Assembly: GCF_036971445.1 (NCBI RefSeq)
Contig: NC_091471.1
Coordinates: 295,864,001 to 295,928,000, forward strand
Length of the DNA: 64,000 nt
Reading direction: 5' to 3'
Source of the DNA: Narcine bancroftii
Lineage: Eukaryota
A program made the translations under genes and the position numbers. A model generated the notes under the pieces. That model was not told the DNA's origin. It was given only the letters and a program-made list of their open reading frames with translations, and did not search any database. Shown one piece after another: positions 62,214-64,000 of the stretch (the stretch's first letter is position 1; every line of letters starts with the position of its first letter).

Positions 62214-63499
62214 CTGCAGGGAAAAGGGCCAATCAGCAGCTCACTTCAGGCCCTCCGCACTGAATGGCATCTCGCCCAACCAATAGGCTCACAGATCCTT
62301 TCCCACCTTGCATGTCCATCAGAATAAATATAGCCAACCAGCTCCGCCTTGAAGGGCCATGAAAATGCGTCAATTGTAGGGACTGCTTGTCGCTGCCTGA
62401 TGCCCGGTTTGGCTTGGGGAGCAGGTGGTCACTTTCCCCCTTTTCCACCCCTCTGGTCGCCCCGCGTCCAGCTCCACAAGGCTCTACAGACCAATCCTTC
62501 TCCATAATTAACTTGAAATTAATGGCATTATGATCACTGGACATTAATACAAATAATCCTGCAATATCACTATGATGGTGACAGGTTGGTGACAAACGTT
62601 TTCTCTCCACAGATGCTGCCCGGACTGGTGTTTTTATTTTTCTCAGGCTCCACTCCTTTTCCAGGCAGAAGATGCTGAAGCATGAAGTCCAGCACCTCCA
62701 GGTTTAAAAACAGTTTTTACCGAACAACTATCAGGGTCTTGAACACCTTAACCTTGAATCTCTCCGGGACCCCCAGACCATCTGTCTGCACTATCGAAAC
62801 ATACTTTTTTCTTGCCCTAATCGTAGCTGTGAATATTTACTTATCTATTTTAAATTATTATTATTTTGTATATTGTGAAAAATTATTTTTACTATTGTCT
62901 TGTAGTTGTTCTATCTTACGCACCTGTATGACTGCAGCAAGTAATGCTTTAGGTGCATTTGTACAATGTATATACTATAAACTTTCATACATACTCGCGC
63001 TGTTTTGCAGCGGTGAAGGGTCAAGAGTCAAGAAATGTGAGTGTAATGTAAATGGGTCAGAAGGGACCGGTCAGGCCGAAGGGCCTGTTTTCCTGTTGCA
63101 TATCCCAATTACTCCACGAAGCAGAGCTTTCAAAATGACGGGATGGGCCGAGAAAATGAACAATCCGGAACAGATCCAGTGGAAAGGAGCTCTTACAAAT
63201 TGTAAGAGAATTGGGAGCTGGGACTGATTAGAGAGTACCTAGCCTGAACTTCTCCCCCTTCTCTTCCTCCTATCCTCTCCTCCCACACACCCACCTTTTT
63301 TTTATTCAGCGCCTGTCTGCTTTTTGCTCATTCCTTGACCAAGGGGTCAGGCGCGAACTGTTGGTTACCTATTACTTCCTATGGCTGCTGCGTGACCTGC
63401 CGTCTTCCTTCAACACTTTTAAAATAAATTATGAATTTGCCTTGCAAACAAGGCCCTGGAGAGCAAAAAATGAATAATATCAACCTAATATGAAAGCTG

Positions 63500-63900
63500 C
63501 GGGTTCTGATGAACGGTCATCGACCGGAGTCCGTTAATTCTGTTCCTCTCCCCACGCTGCCTAACTCGGACTGTGCTCCCTGCATTTACGGATTCATCAT
63601 CCAAAAAGAACTAAAACTCCCAGGATGCTCCGCGAGACCTACCTCGAAAACCGACGCGCCATTGGATAAAGCCTGGAGCGAGACAACCAACGAAGCGGCT
63701 GTATATTGGTGTGTAGATGCACCCGGTGAAGACGAAGGGTACCGAGTGGGAGCATGAGCTTTCTGCGGGCGGTGGCGAGGGGATGCAGGTACGGCCGTGG
63801 GAAGGGGATGGGCACCTTGGCATGGCCCGCTACTTCCGCCTGGGATCGGGGCCGATGGACGTCACCAAAAAGGGTTACCATGTCTTTCTAACACTCACCA
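63500..63900. promoter_or_regulatory. CpG-rich putative promoter for ABHD8 and/or the next gene
   Basis: Raised CpG density, ATTGG boxes at about 63661 and 63705, ETS-like ACTTCCG at about 63832. Confidence 0.45.
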
Positions 63901-64000
63901 AGCCAGGCAGCGTCTGTGAAGGGAGGAGTGCTGTCACCTTCGGTTAATGTTCATCCCCTCACCTACACGGGTCCCTCCATGTAAAGAGAAACACTTAGCA

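Noticed and set aside
63717-63947. ORF as MRPL34 or another syntenic neighbour
   Set aside because: No similarity to MRPL34 or DDA1 as recalled; the window ends before it can be tested

Overview
Vertebrate genomic DNA, most likely a cartilaginous fish (ray or skate; inferred from the mix of CR1, L1/Tx1, RTE, Penelope, V-SINE and Tc1 repeats). Four spliced protein-coding genes could be rebuilt by hand with consistent exon phases: NR2C2AP (+, 5 exons, about 171 aa), RFXANK (-, 8 coding exons, about 285 aa), ANKLE1 (+, 9 exons, about 1342 aa, one 2979-nt exon) and ABHD8 (-, 4 coding exons, about 431 aa). NR2C2AP has a U12-type AT-AC minor intron, and RFXANK has a GC-AG intron. RFXANK and ANKLE1 are head-to-head across a CpG/CCAAT promoter. 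The rest is introns and intergenic DNA rich in transposons and minisatellites, and most short ORFs in the supplied track are spurious. The most notable unexplained signals are two independent L1-clade insertions broken at the same ORF2 motif about 1 kb from the 3' end, dispersed hammerhead-ribozyme-like motifs, and a foldback Tc1 composite. No CRISPR, rRNA or tRNA genes, and no clearly novel multi-gene system, were found. Protein identifications rest on recalled human orthologue sequences, not on database searches.
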